The position numbers were made by a program, and so were the translations under genes. The notes under the pieces are model-generated. The model had not been told where the DNA came from, did not search any database, and saw nothing but the letters and a program-made list of their open reading frames with translations. Below are positions 23,329-33,584 of a stretch of 64,000 bases of DNA, piece by piece. Origin of the DNA: a virus (taxonomy: Duplodnaviria; Caudoviricetes). The stretch lies in IMG/VR virus record IMGVR_UViG_3300027974_001530; one strand, written 5' to 3'. Numbering within the stretch: the first letter of the stretch is position 1; every line of letters starts with the position of its first letter.

Positions 23329-23703
23329 TTACCAAGATCTACACGCCCAATATCTTGGTTTCCATCTTGGTCCTGGATTGTCACAATTATGTCTAGCCCT
23401 GAATGATCTTCTTCTTTCGGGGTTATTCTTTTTTATAACCATTCTTTTACCGTGAGCAGACTTACCACCAAAACCAAAATTAACTTTAACAACTTTACCT
23501 TTATCGTTTTTGACATAAACTTTGAATTTTTTTATGTCTCCTTGCATTATTTTACCTAACTGTACTTTTCTTCCTTGATATTCTGACTCATTAATAAAAT
23601 CAATATTTTCGACAGAACCATAATAGTCTTCATATAAAATATTAAAAAATTCCTCCCTTAATATTTTATTCAGTAATAGTTTTATTGTTGATTCATTTAT
23701 CAT
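23329..23703 (-). CDS. Conserved phage hypothetical protein (FRARHNC...RYWAC)
   Basis: 124 aa; INE/ILRE leader. Confidence 0.85.
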   Translation of the reverse strand: MINESTIKLLLNKILREEFFNILYEDYYGSVENIDFINESEYQGRKVQLGKIMQGDIKKFKVYVKNDKGKVVKVNFGFGGKSAHGKRMVIKKNNPERRRSFRARHNCDNPGPRWKPRYWACRSW

Positions 23704-23774
23704 GTTAAATAATTTATTAATATAAATATTTGTAAATTCAGTAATTTCGATATATTTATGTAAAAAATGATAAT

Positions 23775-24305
23775 ATGAGAATGCGTAAAATTTCAGAATC
23801 AGATATTAGAAGAATCGCCAATAGAATATTAAGTGAAGAGGATTCAGAAACCAAAAGAAAGAAGGAACAAGTTAAACCAAGATGTGTTCGTGAAAATGTA
23901 ATTCCATTAGATGAAATTGTTGGTAGATCAGAGGAGTTTGGTAAATATTCTTCAGGAATCACAAAAAGACAATCAGGAGTTAATTCTATGGTAGATACTT
24001 TAGGTATATTAAATAACATTAGATTATTTAAGGACATTAAAGACGGTGGATCCCATTTAGCTTATGAAATGATGAACCATTTAAATAAGTTTAGAAATAA
24101 AAACTATTATGATGAAACAACAGGTGATTGTCATAAATCTATGGATAAAATTATTGAGTTATATAAAGAAAATGAACACGGTACTGAACTTGTTAAGGAT
24201 ATTGAGAGGGTGTTAAATTTACAGACAAGGGAAGACGAATACACCCCATCCCCAAGGGCTAAAGAATATTTAAAACAATGTGTAAACTTAGTTAAAGGAC
24301 AATAA
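23775..24305 (+). CDS. Hypothetical protein with ISExDI leader
   Basis: MRMRKISESDIRRIANRILSEE. Confidence 0.85.
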   Translation: MRMRKISESDIRRIANRILSEEDSETKRKKEQVKPRCVRENVIPLDEIVGRSEEFGKYSSGITKRQSGVNSMVDTLGILNNIRLFKDIKDGGSHLAYEMMNHLNKFRNKNYYDETTGDCHKSMDKIIELYKENEHGTELVKDIERVLNLQTREDEYTPSPRAKEYLKQCVNLVKGQ

Positions 24306-24321
24306 GGTTTTGCTTAGGATC

Positions 24322-24370
24322 GTTACCGTTAACGGTAACAAATAAAGGGACAATTCGCTACTGTCCCTTT
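24322..24370 (+). terminator. 18-bp palindrome followed by an intrinsic terminator
   Basis: GTTACCGTTAACGGTAAC then AAAGGGACA/TGTCCCTTT-TT. Confidence 0.75.
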
Positions 24371-24464
24371 TTATTTGACCATAATTTTCATTCATAATGT
24401 AAAAAATTATAAAGTAAATGGTTTTACCTAAAAAAATTAATATTTATAATTAAAACAAATAATT

Positions 24465-24728
24465 ATGAAAAATTTTTTTAAACAACTGTTCTGTGACAAC
24501 AACTCAATAAACGAAAAATCCGTAGTAGGGTTTATTGCGTTTATTATGATGTGTTTATTTGCCGGTGCGGATATTGTTACAGGTTTTATGGGATCTCCGT
24601 TAGTGGTTAATGAGTTTATTTTCAATTCATTCCTTATCATTGTGTTAGGGTCTTTTGCTATTGGATCTGTCGATAAATTTATCAATAAAAAACATGGATC
24701 TGAAAACGAAGAAACTCCTGTAGAGTGA
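24465..24728 (+). CDS. Two-TM small membrane protein (holin-like)
   Basis: Two hydrophobic helices, charged C-terminus, TATTTAT upstream. Confidence 0.55.
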   Translation: MKNFFKQLFCDNNSINEKSVVGFIAFIMMCLFAGADIVTGFMGSPLVVNEFIFNSFLIIVLGSFAIGSVDKFINKKHGSENEETPVE

Positions 24729-24993
24729 TTATTATTTATTTTATTATTTTCACTAACCCTACTTTAAAAAGTGGGGTTTTTTATTTAACGTAAACTTAAC
24801 TTTTGTATGACCTACTTTACCCCATAAAAAATACTTATTATTGTTATGATTTATGTGTTAATTTTTACAATATCTGTTTATTCTATTTTTTTTAACAGAA
24901 TTATAAAAGATAGGAAGGAATATCTTGAGTGGTATAATTCACTATACAAGAAAAATTAGGTATTTTAGTAAAAAACCCTTATATTTGTATAAT

Positions 24994-25161
24994 ATGAACG
25001 ATAAAAAGATTAAAAAAGTCCCTGAACGTAAAAAATACGAAAGGATCATAGAACACGACGACTGTACTATGATATGGAAATACGATAATTATAGGTCAAA
25101 TACAGGCCCATATGAGGTTGAAATACGTCAAAAAAAGGTAAAATTAGGTATTTTACCTTAA
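24994..25161 (+). CDS. Small hypothetical protein
   Basis: Start moved to MNDKK, behind TATATTTG at 24981. Confidence 0.65.
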   Translation: MNDKKIKKVPERKKYERIIEHDDCTMIWKYDNYRSNTGPYEVEIRQKKVKLGILP

Positions 25162-25230
25162 AAACCCTCCTATTTATTGTAAAAAAAGAAGGGTTTTTAT
25201 GTAAATTTTTGATTTTTTTTGGTAAAAATG

Positions 25231-25461
25231 TTACTTTTTCTTTAAAAAGTCCTGAATTACCTTTAATTGTTGGTCAAAATCCTTAGAAAAGTTACCAAAA
25301 TTACCCATTTTTGGGTTTTTTAACATATCTTGGTTCACTTTTGTTAGGTTTTTAGACATTTCAAAGAAAGATTTACCAAATTTTCTCCACCAAAACACCA
25401 TTCCGATAGCAATTGCTACTAAAACTACCGTGAAAATGATTAAAACTACCGTTAACAACAT
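25231..25461 (-). CDS. Single-TM small protein
   Basis: N-terminal hydrophobic helix. Confidence 0.75.
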   Translation of the reverse strand: MLLTVVLIIFTVVLVAIAIGMVFWWRKFGKSFFEMSKNLTKVNQDMLKNPKMGNFGNFSKDFDQQLKVIQDFLKKK

Positions 25462-25516
25462 ATTTTTTAATTTTTATACCAAAAACTTAGTAAATTTTAC
25501 TTAAAAAGTCAAATTT

Positions 25517-27979
25517 TTACCTAATTAATGTTATAAATCCGTGTATTTCCTTCTTTTCATCAGTATTTCCAACACTAAACACTATTTTCCAAGGATAAAC
25601 ACCGTCAGGACATGGTTTATTACCATAAGTCCCGTCCCATTTACCTTCAGGGTCCTTAGATTCCCAAATAATGTTACCCCAACGGTTAAAAACTAACAAT
25701 TCAAACCCATATTTGTCATATCCAGAGGTAAAAACGGGTCCCCAAAGGGTATTATACTCATCACCATTAGGTGTAAACGTGTTTGGGATGTAAAATATCT
25801 CATTTGGACACAATTCTAAGGTTATAATGAAGGTTTCGGGGTTAGAAACACATCCATTGTCCCATCTAACTACTTGAAATTGGAATATTCCATCTTGATC
25901 CCAAGTAATATTTAAGGTTTGACTAATTGTTGTGTCCCCAAACGAGTACCACTCGTTATATCCACCATTTGGAGACACTACATCAAACATATCGGTAATT
26001 GTATCCCCCTCACATATCTCATGATACTCAGTATTTTCAAAAACAACACCGTTTACAACAGGAGAAATGAGTGGTCTTGGGTATATTTGCACATTTATTG
26101 ATGTGTTAAACAAACATCCTGACTGAAAATAGTCATAATTCACAACATCAAGACCAATAAATCCGTTATTTGGACAATATTGACCATTCCAAACGTTTAA
26201 TCCATTAAAAATCCCACCTTGTGGGGTTCCATTTAGGTTAATACAGTTGTCGTATTCACAAAATGGACCAACTTGAGTGATCGACGGAAGAATATTTAAC
26301 ACAACAAGGTTAAAAGTTTCAGGTAATGACTGACATCCAAGTTGATTTACACCAATAACTGATAGTGAGTTAGAATAATTACCCCCATTTACGCCAGTAA
26401 CATCTAAATTTATTTGGTCTGTCCCTTGTCCTGTGGTAATATTACCTATTGTGTTGGACCAAACATACCCTAAGTTAGGAAAAACACTTGTAACACCATA
26501 AGGATTAACTGTAGAGTTATAACAAACCGTATCTAAACCTGTGATTTGGTTAACTGTAACCATCGGAGGATCAACTAAAGTGGTTGTTCCTTGTGCAGGA
26601 CAGTTATATTGGTCATAAACCGTTACAGTTTGTTGACCTGAACATAGATTTGTTACCGTTTGAGTGGTTTGACTGTTACCCCAAAGGAATGTATAAGGTG
26701 ATACACCATCAATTGGGTTCACAGTTGATGTTCCATCACAATAACCAAAACAAGTTGGGTTAGTATTTGCAAATTGTGGTGATTGTAATGGTGGAGGATT
26801 AAGTAAAGTTGCTGATCCACTGTAAGTGCAACCTGCAGCATCAACTAAATTAAACAAATAGTTACCACTACATAAGTTGTTTAGGGTTAAGTTTGTTGAT
26901 CCACCGTTCCAAGAGATAGTTGTTACTCCTGTTCCACCATTAGGGGTTACTATAATTGATCCATCACACCCATTATTACAGTGTGGATCTTGTAAAACTA
27001 AATTTGGTGGTGGTAATTGTGGTGGACCATGTTGAACAAACACAGTATCAGGACCTAAATTACCAATACCTACATTACAAGTAGACCATCCCGCATTACA
27101 GGTTGGATAAACAAATTGACAGGTGTAATTTGCACCTGCGGGTGGTGGTGTAACGGTAATTGTTGGTCCAGTTCCAATTGGATTTGGGTTACCTACTTGA
27201 TACCAAGTTAAAGTTGGTGTTACTGTAGGACCTGAAGGAGTCCATCTATATGAGTTATTTACCGTAGTCCAAGCAGTTGAATTTCTTCCTGGTGATGTAA
27301 TACCAATAGTACCCAATAAATTATGAATTCCTTGAGTTGCGGTTCCACTTTGCCATTGTAAACAAGCCGGTTTATTTTGAATGTGGTTTTCAATATAATT
27401 TGTTGATTCGTAAATTACAATATGAAATGTACCAAAGTTAGAGGTACAAGAAAACATTGGCATATTTGTCCAACTAACAACTAATTTTCTACACGGAGCA
27501 ACACCCTGAACTTGATATTTTATTTGACCACCAATACCTGGATGCCAATCTTGCCACGGTCCCATAATACAATTCTTAGGTACTAATGCGTTTCCTGTTG
27601 GAATAGGTTGTGATGTAAACGTTACGGGTTGTCCTCCACTAAATGAAATCCAACCATTAGACCCAATATAAAATTGTGTATATGTTTGACCAAAGAAACA
27701 AAAATTAAACCCAATATTAAATGGTCCTTGTTGTGAGTCGTCAGACATAAACAAACTTGTTCCCGTATTTGTTTGAGCAACATAAGGTATATTTGTTACA
27801 CCATAGTTTGTTGTTTGGTTTGGATTTGGTCCACCAGGTCCACACTGACTTAAATCCGCTGTTAAAGTGGTTGAGTTAATACCACAAGGTAATAATTGAT
27901 CGGGGCCTAAGTATGGACAATACTGACCGTGTCCAAGTACTGTAATTAAAATTAGTAATGTTGTTAAAATAAGTTTCAT
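25517..27979 (-). CDS. T9SS type-B (gliding motility-associated CTD) protein with SprB-like repeats
   Basis: Signal peptide; repeats P.C.G.CDG...GG/G.SPY.F.W; C-terminal FYIPNTFTPNGD..N...VFNRWG...WDG...GVY. Confidence 0.88.
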   Translation of the reverse strand: MKLILTTLLILITVLGHGQYCPYLGPDQLLPCGINSTTLTADLSQCGPGGPNPNQTTNYGVTNIPYVAQTNTGTSLFMSDDSQQGPFNIGFNFCFFGQTYTQFYIGSNGWISFSGGQPVTFTSQPIPTGNALVPKNCIMGPWQDWHPGIGGQIKYQVQGVAPCRKLVVSWTNMPMFSCTSNFGTFHIVIYESTNYIENHIQNKPACLQWQSGTATQGIHNLLGTIGITSPGRNSTAWTTVNNSYRWTPSGPTVTPTLTWYQVGNPNPIGTGPTITVTPPPAGANYTCQFVYPTCNAGWSTCNVGIGNLGPDTVFVQHGPPQLPPPNLVLQDPHCNNGCDGSIIVTPNGGTGVTTISWNGGSTNLTLNNLCSGNYLFNLVDAAGCTYSGSATLLNPPPLQSPQFANTNPTCFGYCDGTSTVNPIDGVSPYTFLWGNSQTTQTVTNLCSGQQTVTVYDQYNCPAQGTTTLVDPPMVTVNQITGLDTVCYNSTVNPYGVTSVFPNLGYVWSNTIGNITTGQGTDQINLDVTGVNGGNYSNSLSVIGVNQLGCQSLPETFNLVVLNILPSITQVGPFCEYDNCINLNGTPQGGIFNGLNVWNGQYCPNNGFIGLDVVNYDYFQSGCLFNTSINVQIYPRPLISPVVNGVVFENTEYHEICEGDTITDMFDVVSPNGGYNEWYSFGDTTISQTLNITWDQDGIFQFQVVRWDNGCVSNPETFIITLELCPNEIFYIPNTFTPNGDEYNTLWGPVFTSGYDKYGFELLVFNRWGNIIWESKDPEGKWDGTYGNKPCPDGVYPWKIVFSVGNTDEKKEIHGFITLIR

Positions 27980-28058
27980 ATAAAATAAATAGTAATATTA
28001 ATAAATAATTCAATTGAAAACCTTGTCAAATGAGCATTTAATGATTACCATATAATAT

Positions 28059-28340
28059 ATGAAAAGAAAAAGAATGTTACAACTTTTTTTAGACACCCAA
28101 CTTAAAGGTCAAATACAAAATATATTTGGTAAAAATAGTTGTATAGTAATTAACAATTTAACTCACGTTAGGAGTAAGGATTGTTATTTAATAAACACAA
28201 CTTTATATGTTAACAGTTTGGAGGACTTTGAGGTTTTATATCCAACAAGTTTAATTTCATTTATTAAATTAGCTTGGAGTGTGGTTGGTCATAAAAAAGA
28301 AATTATTGTTCAATCTTCGTTTGATCTTGTATCTGAATAA
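28059..28340 (+). CDS. Hypothetical protein
   Basis: 93-aa ORF. Confidence 0.65.
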   Translation: MKRKRMLQLFLDTQLKGQIQNIFGKNSCIVINNLTHVRSKDCYLINTTLYVNSLEDFEVLYPTSLISFIKLAWSVVGHKKEIIVQSSFDLVSE

Positions 28341-28497
28341 CCCCAGCATCAATTAAATCTTTAATTGTTTTATTAAGTGGTGCCTTTAGATAGTAATTAT
28401 CATTTTCATACCTAAAAAAACACCACCCACTTAACCCAATTCTTAAATTTTCGTAATTTTCTTTATCTTTTACTTTATATACTTTTAATCCCACCAT
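28303..28497 (-). CDS. Hypothetical protein
   Basis: 64-aa ORF coupled to its upstream neighbour. Confidence 0.6.
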   Translation of the reverse strand: MVGLKVYKVKDKENYENLRIGLSGWCFFRYENDNYYLKAPLNKTIKDLIDAGVIQIQDQTKIEQ

Positions 28498-29075
28498 CTT
28501 CTCATTCTTTCTTTTAATACTCTATGTAAAAGGTCGTGAGCCTTTTCTTCATTATGTTTTGCAACATAAAAACACAAATCTTTTTTATCTAAATCAGGTT
28601 TTTCTTTCAATACTTTACGAACACTTGAAGAGTATTTTTTTATATATTCATCATATTTTTCTGAAATAACATCTTGTTCCATTGAGTAGAGTTCTCTATC
28701 TCCCTCAATCGGTTCAAATCTAAATTTAGTTTCAGAGTAATCAAGATATTCAATACCATAATAATCTTCTTTAACTCTTTCAATTAAATTAAGGGTTATA
28801 GTCATATCACGATTATCACGATCAACTTGCATATGACGATTTGCGTAGATTATCTCCTTTCTTTGAAACTCAATTTTCTTTTGTAATATTGTATAGATAT
28901 ACCAATCGTCCCAATCCTTATCTTTATATAAAGTTGGTATCCACCTTATGATATTTTTACATCCACCAATAAAGTATCTTATTCTCCAATGTAGATTTCT
29001 CCAAATACGAGCGGATATTGTTTTTCTATTCCAAGCGGAATCTTCAGGTATTGTCAGTTTTTCGTAATTTTTCAT
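28485..29075 (-). CDS. Hypothetical protein (..WWD C-terminus)
   Basis: 196-aa ORF. Confidence 0.8.
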   Translation of the reverse strand: MKNYEKLTIPEDSAWNRKTISARIWRNLHWRIRYFIGGCKNIIRWIPTLYKDKDWDDWYIYTILQKKIEFQRKEIIYANRHMQVDRDNRDMTITLNLIERVKEDYYGIEYLDYSETKFRFEPIEGDRELYSMEQDVISEKYDEYIKKYSSSVRKVLKEKPDLDKKDLCFYVAKHNEEKAHDLLHRVLKERMRRWWD

Positions 29076-29259
29076 TTTCCTTTTCTTTGTATTGCAAATA
29101 TACGGAAAATATAACTAAAAAATTAACTAAAACACATAAAAAAGTTTCAAGTATCCAGTGCCAATCTGTTTGTGTCATAGATATGTGAGTACCAAACCAC
29201 ATAAATGAACCATATTTATCCATTATGGTCATTAAAAGATATTTTAAAAATTTAAACAT
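29044..29259 (-). CDS. Small membrane protein
   Basis: 71 aa with a hydrophobic helix. Confidence 0.6.
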   Translation of the reverse strand: MFKFLKYLLMTIMDKYGSFMWFGTHISMTQTDWHWILETFLCVLVNFLVIFSVYLQYKEKENEKLRKTDNT

Positions 29260-29270
29260 TACGTTTAAAT

Positions 29271-29777
29271 TTAATATCTAGGTTCTTTATTAAACAGTGA
29301 TTTAATTTGAGTTCCTAATGAAAGTAAACTACTACCTAACATTACCCAAATTGAAGCTTGACCATGAACCGAATTTTTCTCAGTATTTAATTTACCTGAC
29401 ATTGCCAATAATTGTCCTTTAATACTATCACATTTTAAATAATCAGATCCCTTTTTACCCTTACAATCTAAACACTTTTCAATTATATTTTCTTTTAAAT
29501 TTCCTACCGCAAGTAATTTTAACATTTCACCACAAGGTTTACATTTGTTATTATTTTGATCACATATTTTGTTAGTTAATGACTCAATTGATTCTTTAGG
29601 GTCTTCTTCTTTTTTAGGTTCTTCTATTTTTTTAGGTTCTTCTATTTTTTTTTCAGGATCAGTGGGTAATTCTGTGGTGTTTGTGGTTACAACTTCTTGT
29701 TCTGACACCACAACTCCTTTTTTATAATCAAAAAGGAATTTAATATAATTTAATTCTTCGTTTATATTAGTTTTCAT
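29271..29777 (-). CDS. Hypothetical protein with INEE leader
   Basis: MKTNINEELNYIKFLFDY...VSEQE; KKIEEP x2; CxxC motifs. Confidence 0.8.
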   Translation of the reverse strand: MKTNINEELNYIKFLFDYKKGVVVSEQEVVTTNTTELPTDPEKKIEEPKKIEEPKKEEDPKESIESLTNKICDQNNNKCKPCGEMLKLLAVGNLKENIIEKCLDCKGKKGSDYLKCDSIKGQLLAMSGKLNTEKNSVHGQASIWVMLGSSLLSLGTQIKSLFNKEPRY

Positions 29778-29826
29778 ATATAATAAATATGTTGATTTGT
29801 GAAAAAAAATTTCTTATACTTATCAT

Positions 29827-29997
29827 ATGTTTAATATTATAAAATCTTATTGGCCTAACATTAAATCATTTTTAATTGATTTGTTGAAATTTAAGAAGAA
29901 GGATATACTATATAAGTTATTGGGAGTTTTTTTATGGTTGTATATCGTAAGAATTATTGTAACAATAGTTTTATTAGTAATTTTTATTTTTGTTTGA
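29827..29997 (+). CDS. Small membrane protein (56 aa)
   Basis: Manually read ORF MFNIIKSYWP... with a C-terminal TM. Confidence 0.45.
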   Translation: MFNIIKSYWPNIKSFLIDLLKFKKKDILYKLLGVFLWLYIVRIIVTIVLLVIFIFV

Positions 29998-30043
29998 TTT
30001 TACATTTATAATTAAAATATTTATATTTTAAAAAAAATAAATT

Positions 30044-30469
30044 ATGGGAAAAATTACAAGTAACAGTACCGTGACTGTTAATTACACGGGTAAATTAGAG
30101 GACGGATCAATTTTTGATTCTTCATTGAATGAAGGTAGAGATCCATTAACCGCAACATTAGGTCAAGGCCAACTTATTAAAGGATTTGAGGATGGTTTGA
30201 TTGATATGGAAGTTGGTGATAAAAAAACTGTTGAAATCGAGTCAGACATGGCTTACGGCCAACATAACGAAGCTATGATTCAAGAAGTACCAAAAGAACA
30301 AGTTCCTGAAGGTGTGATGGTTGGTAATATGCTACAAGCAAACACACCAATGGGACCAATTAACTTTAGGGTGATGGAAGTCAATGAAGAAAGTGTTAAA
30401 TTGGATGGTAACCATCCTTTGGCAGGTAAAAAATTGATTTTTGATTTAGAAGTATTGGAAGTAAAATAA
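30044..30469 (+). CDS. FKBP-type peptidyl-prolyl isomerase (SlyD/FkpB-like, no His tail)
   Basis: VNYTGKLEDGSIFDSS...GQLIKGFEDGL...DGNHPLAGKKLIFDLEV. Confidence 0.92.
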   Translation: MGKITSNSTVTVNYTGKLEDGSIFDSSLNEGRDPLTATLGQGQLIKGFEDGLIDMEVGDKKTVEIESDMAYGQHNEAMIQEVPKEQVPEGVMVGNMLQANTPMGPINFRVMEVNEESVKLDGNHPLAGKKLIFDLEVLEVK

Positions 30470-30525
30470 TTAAAATCCCCGATTAATTTTGGGGATTTAT
30501 ACTATCTAATAACCAATCCATATAG

Positions 30526-31227
30526 TTAAGCAACTCTACCGTAACCGGCTATTTTAGGGGACCAATAGGAATTCTTATTAACCCCTGTTTTGGTGTAGTT
30601 AGTTTTTTCCGTATCTTGTATTCCAGATGATGAAGATGCGTGTACCATGTGAAAAATTTTTTCATCTTTTTCATTATCGGTTACATTTGAAATTAACCCA
30701 ATATGACTTATTTTACTACCGCTTTTAAAAAATACCAAATCTCCTGGTTGTATTTCATTAAAAGATATTTTATTTGTGTTTGGTGAGGAGTATATTCCTG
30801 AAGCGGTTCTTGGTATTTTTTTTATATCATCAATGCCACCTATAACTCCTGCTTTAGAAAAGACATATCTTATAAATCCACTACAGTCAAATGAATTAGG
30901 TCCTTGAGATCCATACACATAAGGTTTACCTATAAAATCCTTCGCAATTTCAATAACTGCAGGTGGTCTATCAACCCTTTCAATTTTTTTAATTGGTAAT
31001 TCGGGTAGATTCTCACCTTTAAATATATCTTTAACCGGAATAACCTCTCCATTATCAACAGTATTTTTTTCTGTGGTAGTGGTTGTTGTGTAATCAGGGT
31101 TATCAAGCATAGATGTTGCGTAAGGACTAAAACTATCTTGTTCTGATATTAAATTACCATGTTTTTTATGCATTTCCAATATCTCATTTTTTTCTGATTG
31201 CAATATTTTATTAAAAACTTTTTTCAT
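30526..31227 (-). CDS. NlpC/P60 peptidoglycan hydrolase with leader
   Basis: GKPYVYG...FDCSGF...PGDLVFF...HIGL...HAS; N-terminal EKNEILEMH..LISEQ. Confidence 0.9.
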   Translation of the reverse strand: MKKVFNKILQSEKNEILEMHKKHGNLISEQDSFSPYATSMLDNPDYTTTTTTEKNTVDNGEVIPVKDIFKGENLPELPIKKIERVDRPPAVIEIAKDFIGKPYVYGSQGPNSFDCSGFIRYVFSKAGVIGGIDDIKKIPRTASGIYSSPNTNKISFNEIQPGDLVFFKSGSKISHIGLISNVTDNEKDEKIFHMVHASSSSGIQDTEKTNYTKTGVNKNSYWSPKIAGYGRVA

Positions 31228-31229
31228 TG

Positions 31230-31520
31230 TTAGTCTTTTGGAAATACGGTTCTACTGATTCTTAATCCTTTAGGTAAATCTATATCCTCAACTGATCTAG
31301 GTCTTGGAATTCTTCTAACTTTTTCTGGATTAAATTTTGAATTTAATCTGTTAAGTTCTATTTTATATTGCATCCCAAACTCACTTAATCTGTTAATAAC
31401 GTCATCAATTAGTTCAGTTTTTTCTGATGCGGAAACCCCCGTTACGTAATCATCGTTTTCACTAATGATTTTCTTTATCGCTTTTATTAATTCTGTTTCT
31501 GTTAGTCTAACTTCTCTCAT
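31230..31520 (-). CDS. Hypothetical protein with LTExEL leader
   Basis: MREVRLTETELIKAIKKIISE. Confidence 0.8.
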   Translation of the reverse strand: MREVRLTETELIKAIKKIISENDDYVTGVSASEKTELIDDVINRLSEFGMQYKIELNRLNSKFNPEKVRRIPRPRSVEDIDLPKGLRISRTVFPKD

Positions 31521-31521
31521 T

Positions 31522-32259
31522 TTAATCGAACATATTTTTTATTTTATCAAAGAAAACATTTCCTGCGATTTTCATTTTATCCCATAGATCTACTTCGTCT
31601 TCTGCTTTTACATTACCTTTATCGTCTTTTTCCTCAGTCCCAAATATTTTTTTAAATGTGTTTTTAAATTTATCCCCAAGATCCTCAAATTTACGTTCTG
31701 TAGGTTTCTCCGATTTTTTACCAATTGCCTTTTTAAGAACATCTAAAGGATCTTCACCACTGTAAAAACCACCACTTGTTTTATAAATATTATAATGTAG
31801 ATGAGGTGCGGTGCCTTTTGCGTTACCTGAATCACCTAATGTTCCTACTTGTTGTCCTGCAAAAACAAAATCACCTTCTTTTATTGTTCTTGTATCTAAG
31901 TGACCCAACCAATGTGAGAAACCTGTCTCAGGATCTTCAATAATTACGGTTAACCCATTACCACCAAACTTAACTTTACCGTCAACAGGAGCAAGTATTG
32001 GAGTTCCTTTAGGTCCAAATATATCAACCCCAATATGTCCGTTTAAATGACCTCCCGCACCTGCGTGAGTTGCTTGTCTTGAATAGTCAGAATTGGCAGT
32101 CCCCATAGGGTTATTCCAATCATCCCATTTTTGATCATAACCAATATTATATCTTCCCCCATCAATTGGGAATGCCTCTAAATCGGGTAAGGACTCATTT
32201 AGATTATGGGTTTTTAAAATATATTTTTTTTCTTCTTCAGAAATTATTAATCTTTTCAT
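31522..32259 (-). CDS. M23-family peptidase with leader
   Basis: HIGVDI (HxxxD), GHLD, PHLHY; N-terminal MKRLIISEEEKKYILKTHNLNE. Confidence 0.9.
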   Translation of the reverse strand: MKRLIISEEEKKYILKTHNLNESLPDLEAFPIDGGRYNIGYDQKWDDWNNPMGTANSDYSRQATHAGAGGHLNGHIGVDIFGPKGTPILAPVDGKVKFGGNGLTVIIEDPETGFSHWLGHLDTRTIKEGDFVFAGQQVGTLGDSGNAKGTAPHLHYNIYKTSGGFYSGEDPLDVLKKAIGKKSEKPTERKFEDLGDKFKNTFKKIFGTEEKDDKGNVKAEDEVDLWDKMKIAGNVFFDKIKNMFD

Positions 32260-32280
32260 TTGGCTTTTTATATAAATACT

Positions 32281-32760
32281 TCAATCTACATAAAATATCA
32301 TATTACCTATACCAACTTTTTTTGGTTCTTCAAAGGTGTGTTTAAGAAGGTCCATTACTTCGTCTTTTTTTGGGTGGTTCTCATGACAATTTATTCTAAA
32401 CTCTTTTGGTAATTGACTATAAACTTTAAACATGTATTCTTCAATTTTACGATTAAATTTATATCCTAAACTATCATCTATATCATCAAAAAAATGTGCT
32501 ACATAAGATAATCCCCATTTGTTCCAATCAAATATAACGTCTCTTAATTTTTCAATATCCATATCTTTAAATTTTTCAGAAAAAGGAATCCCAACATATT
32601 TTGATAACTCCAAAAGGTTTATATGTAAATCAACATCAAAAGAATAAATCCAATGGTAAACATTTTCTCTTTGAGGTACTATCTTTTTTATAAATGGAAA
32701 TTCCGTTGTTACAACAGAATTTAACACCTTAAAACCTTGTTCTTGTTTATTTGTTATCAT
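32281..32760 (-). CDS. Hypothetical protein
   Basis: 159 aa; similar FPFIK..FDVDLHIN module to 38018-38428. Confidence 0.8.
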   Translation of the reverse strand: MITNKQEQGFKVLNSVVTTEFPFIKKIVPQRENVYHWIYSFDVDLHINLLELSKYVGIPFSEKFKDMDIEKLRDVIFDWNKWGLSYVAHFFDDIDDSLGYKFNRKIEEYMFKVYSQLPKEFRINCHENHPKKDEVMDLLKHTFEEPKKVGIGNMIFYVD

Positions 32761-32863
32761 ATACTTATAAATATACTAACTTTAAAATGAATGATTTTGT
32801 AACGGTTCTTATAATAGGGTGGATTATTATAGGGATTTCTTTTTTTAACAATACTAAAGATAA

Positions 32864-33562
32864 TTAATCTAAAGTATCTGCGGTAACCTCAATATCTAAA
32901 CCGACATTATCCCATTCTTCTCTATTCCAATTATGATCAACTATTAATGAATCATTGGTAATAACTATTTCCCCACTAGATCCTTCATTTATTTCCCAAC
33001 CAGAAAACTCTTCTAATTGACTGTAACAAATGTCTTCAATGTCTGAAGGTATATCAACACTCCTACCGTCTGATGTTATTCCATTTTGTTCTAAGGCTCC
33101 ACTATCTCCTGAACCATCATAAGATATTGTAACACTATCAGGATCCCCTAAATTAGATAAAAACTCACGACATTTAATTACAATGTTATCGTCCTCATCT
33201 TGTTCGTCAAATTCATATTCTGTAGATTCTTCTTCTTTTCCGTATGATTGTATGTCGGCATTTGAATAAACCAATAAACCTTTCTTTGGAAATATCTCTA
33301 CATGGAGGTCAAATCTTGATATATCATCATTATACCTATATACATCACTTTCAATTTCTTGAACCGTGTGATCTAGAATATCTTCTAAAAGACTATATAA
33401 CGCCTTTGGGGTCGCAATATACTTTGTCTCTCCAGATTTTTCACAACCCAATTCTTGCAATCCCCAATCATAACCGGAGTCATAAAATGTGTATGTTTGT
33501 GTAATTTTATCACAATCAAATTGTTTTAAAAACTCCATTAAATAAATAAACTTTCTTTTCAT
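32864..33562 (-). CDS. Acidic hypothetical protein (SYDGSGDSG motif)
   Basis: 232-aa ORF. Confidence 0.8.
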   Translation of the reverse strand: MKRKFIYLMEFLKQFDCDKITQTYTFYDSGYDWGLQELGCEKSGETKYIATPKALYSLLEDILDHTVQEIESDVYRYNDDISRFDLHVEIFPKKGLLVYSNADIQSYGKEEESTEYEFDEQDEDDNIVIKCREFLSNLGDPDSVTISYDGSGDSGALEQNGITSDGRSVDIPSDIEDICYSQLEEFSGWEINEGSSGEIVITNDSLIVDHNWNREEWDNVGLDIEVTADTLD

Positions 33563-33584
33563 ATCATTAAATATTATCTACACC

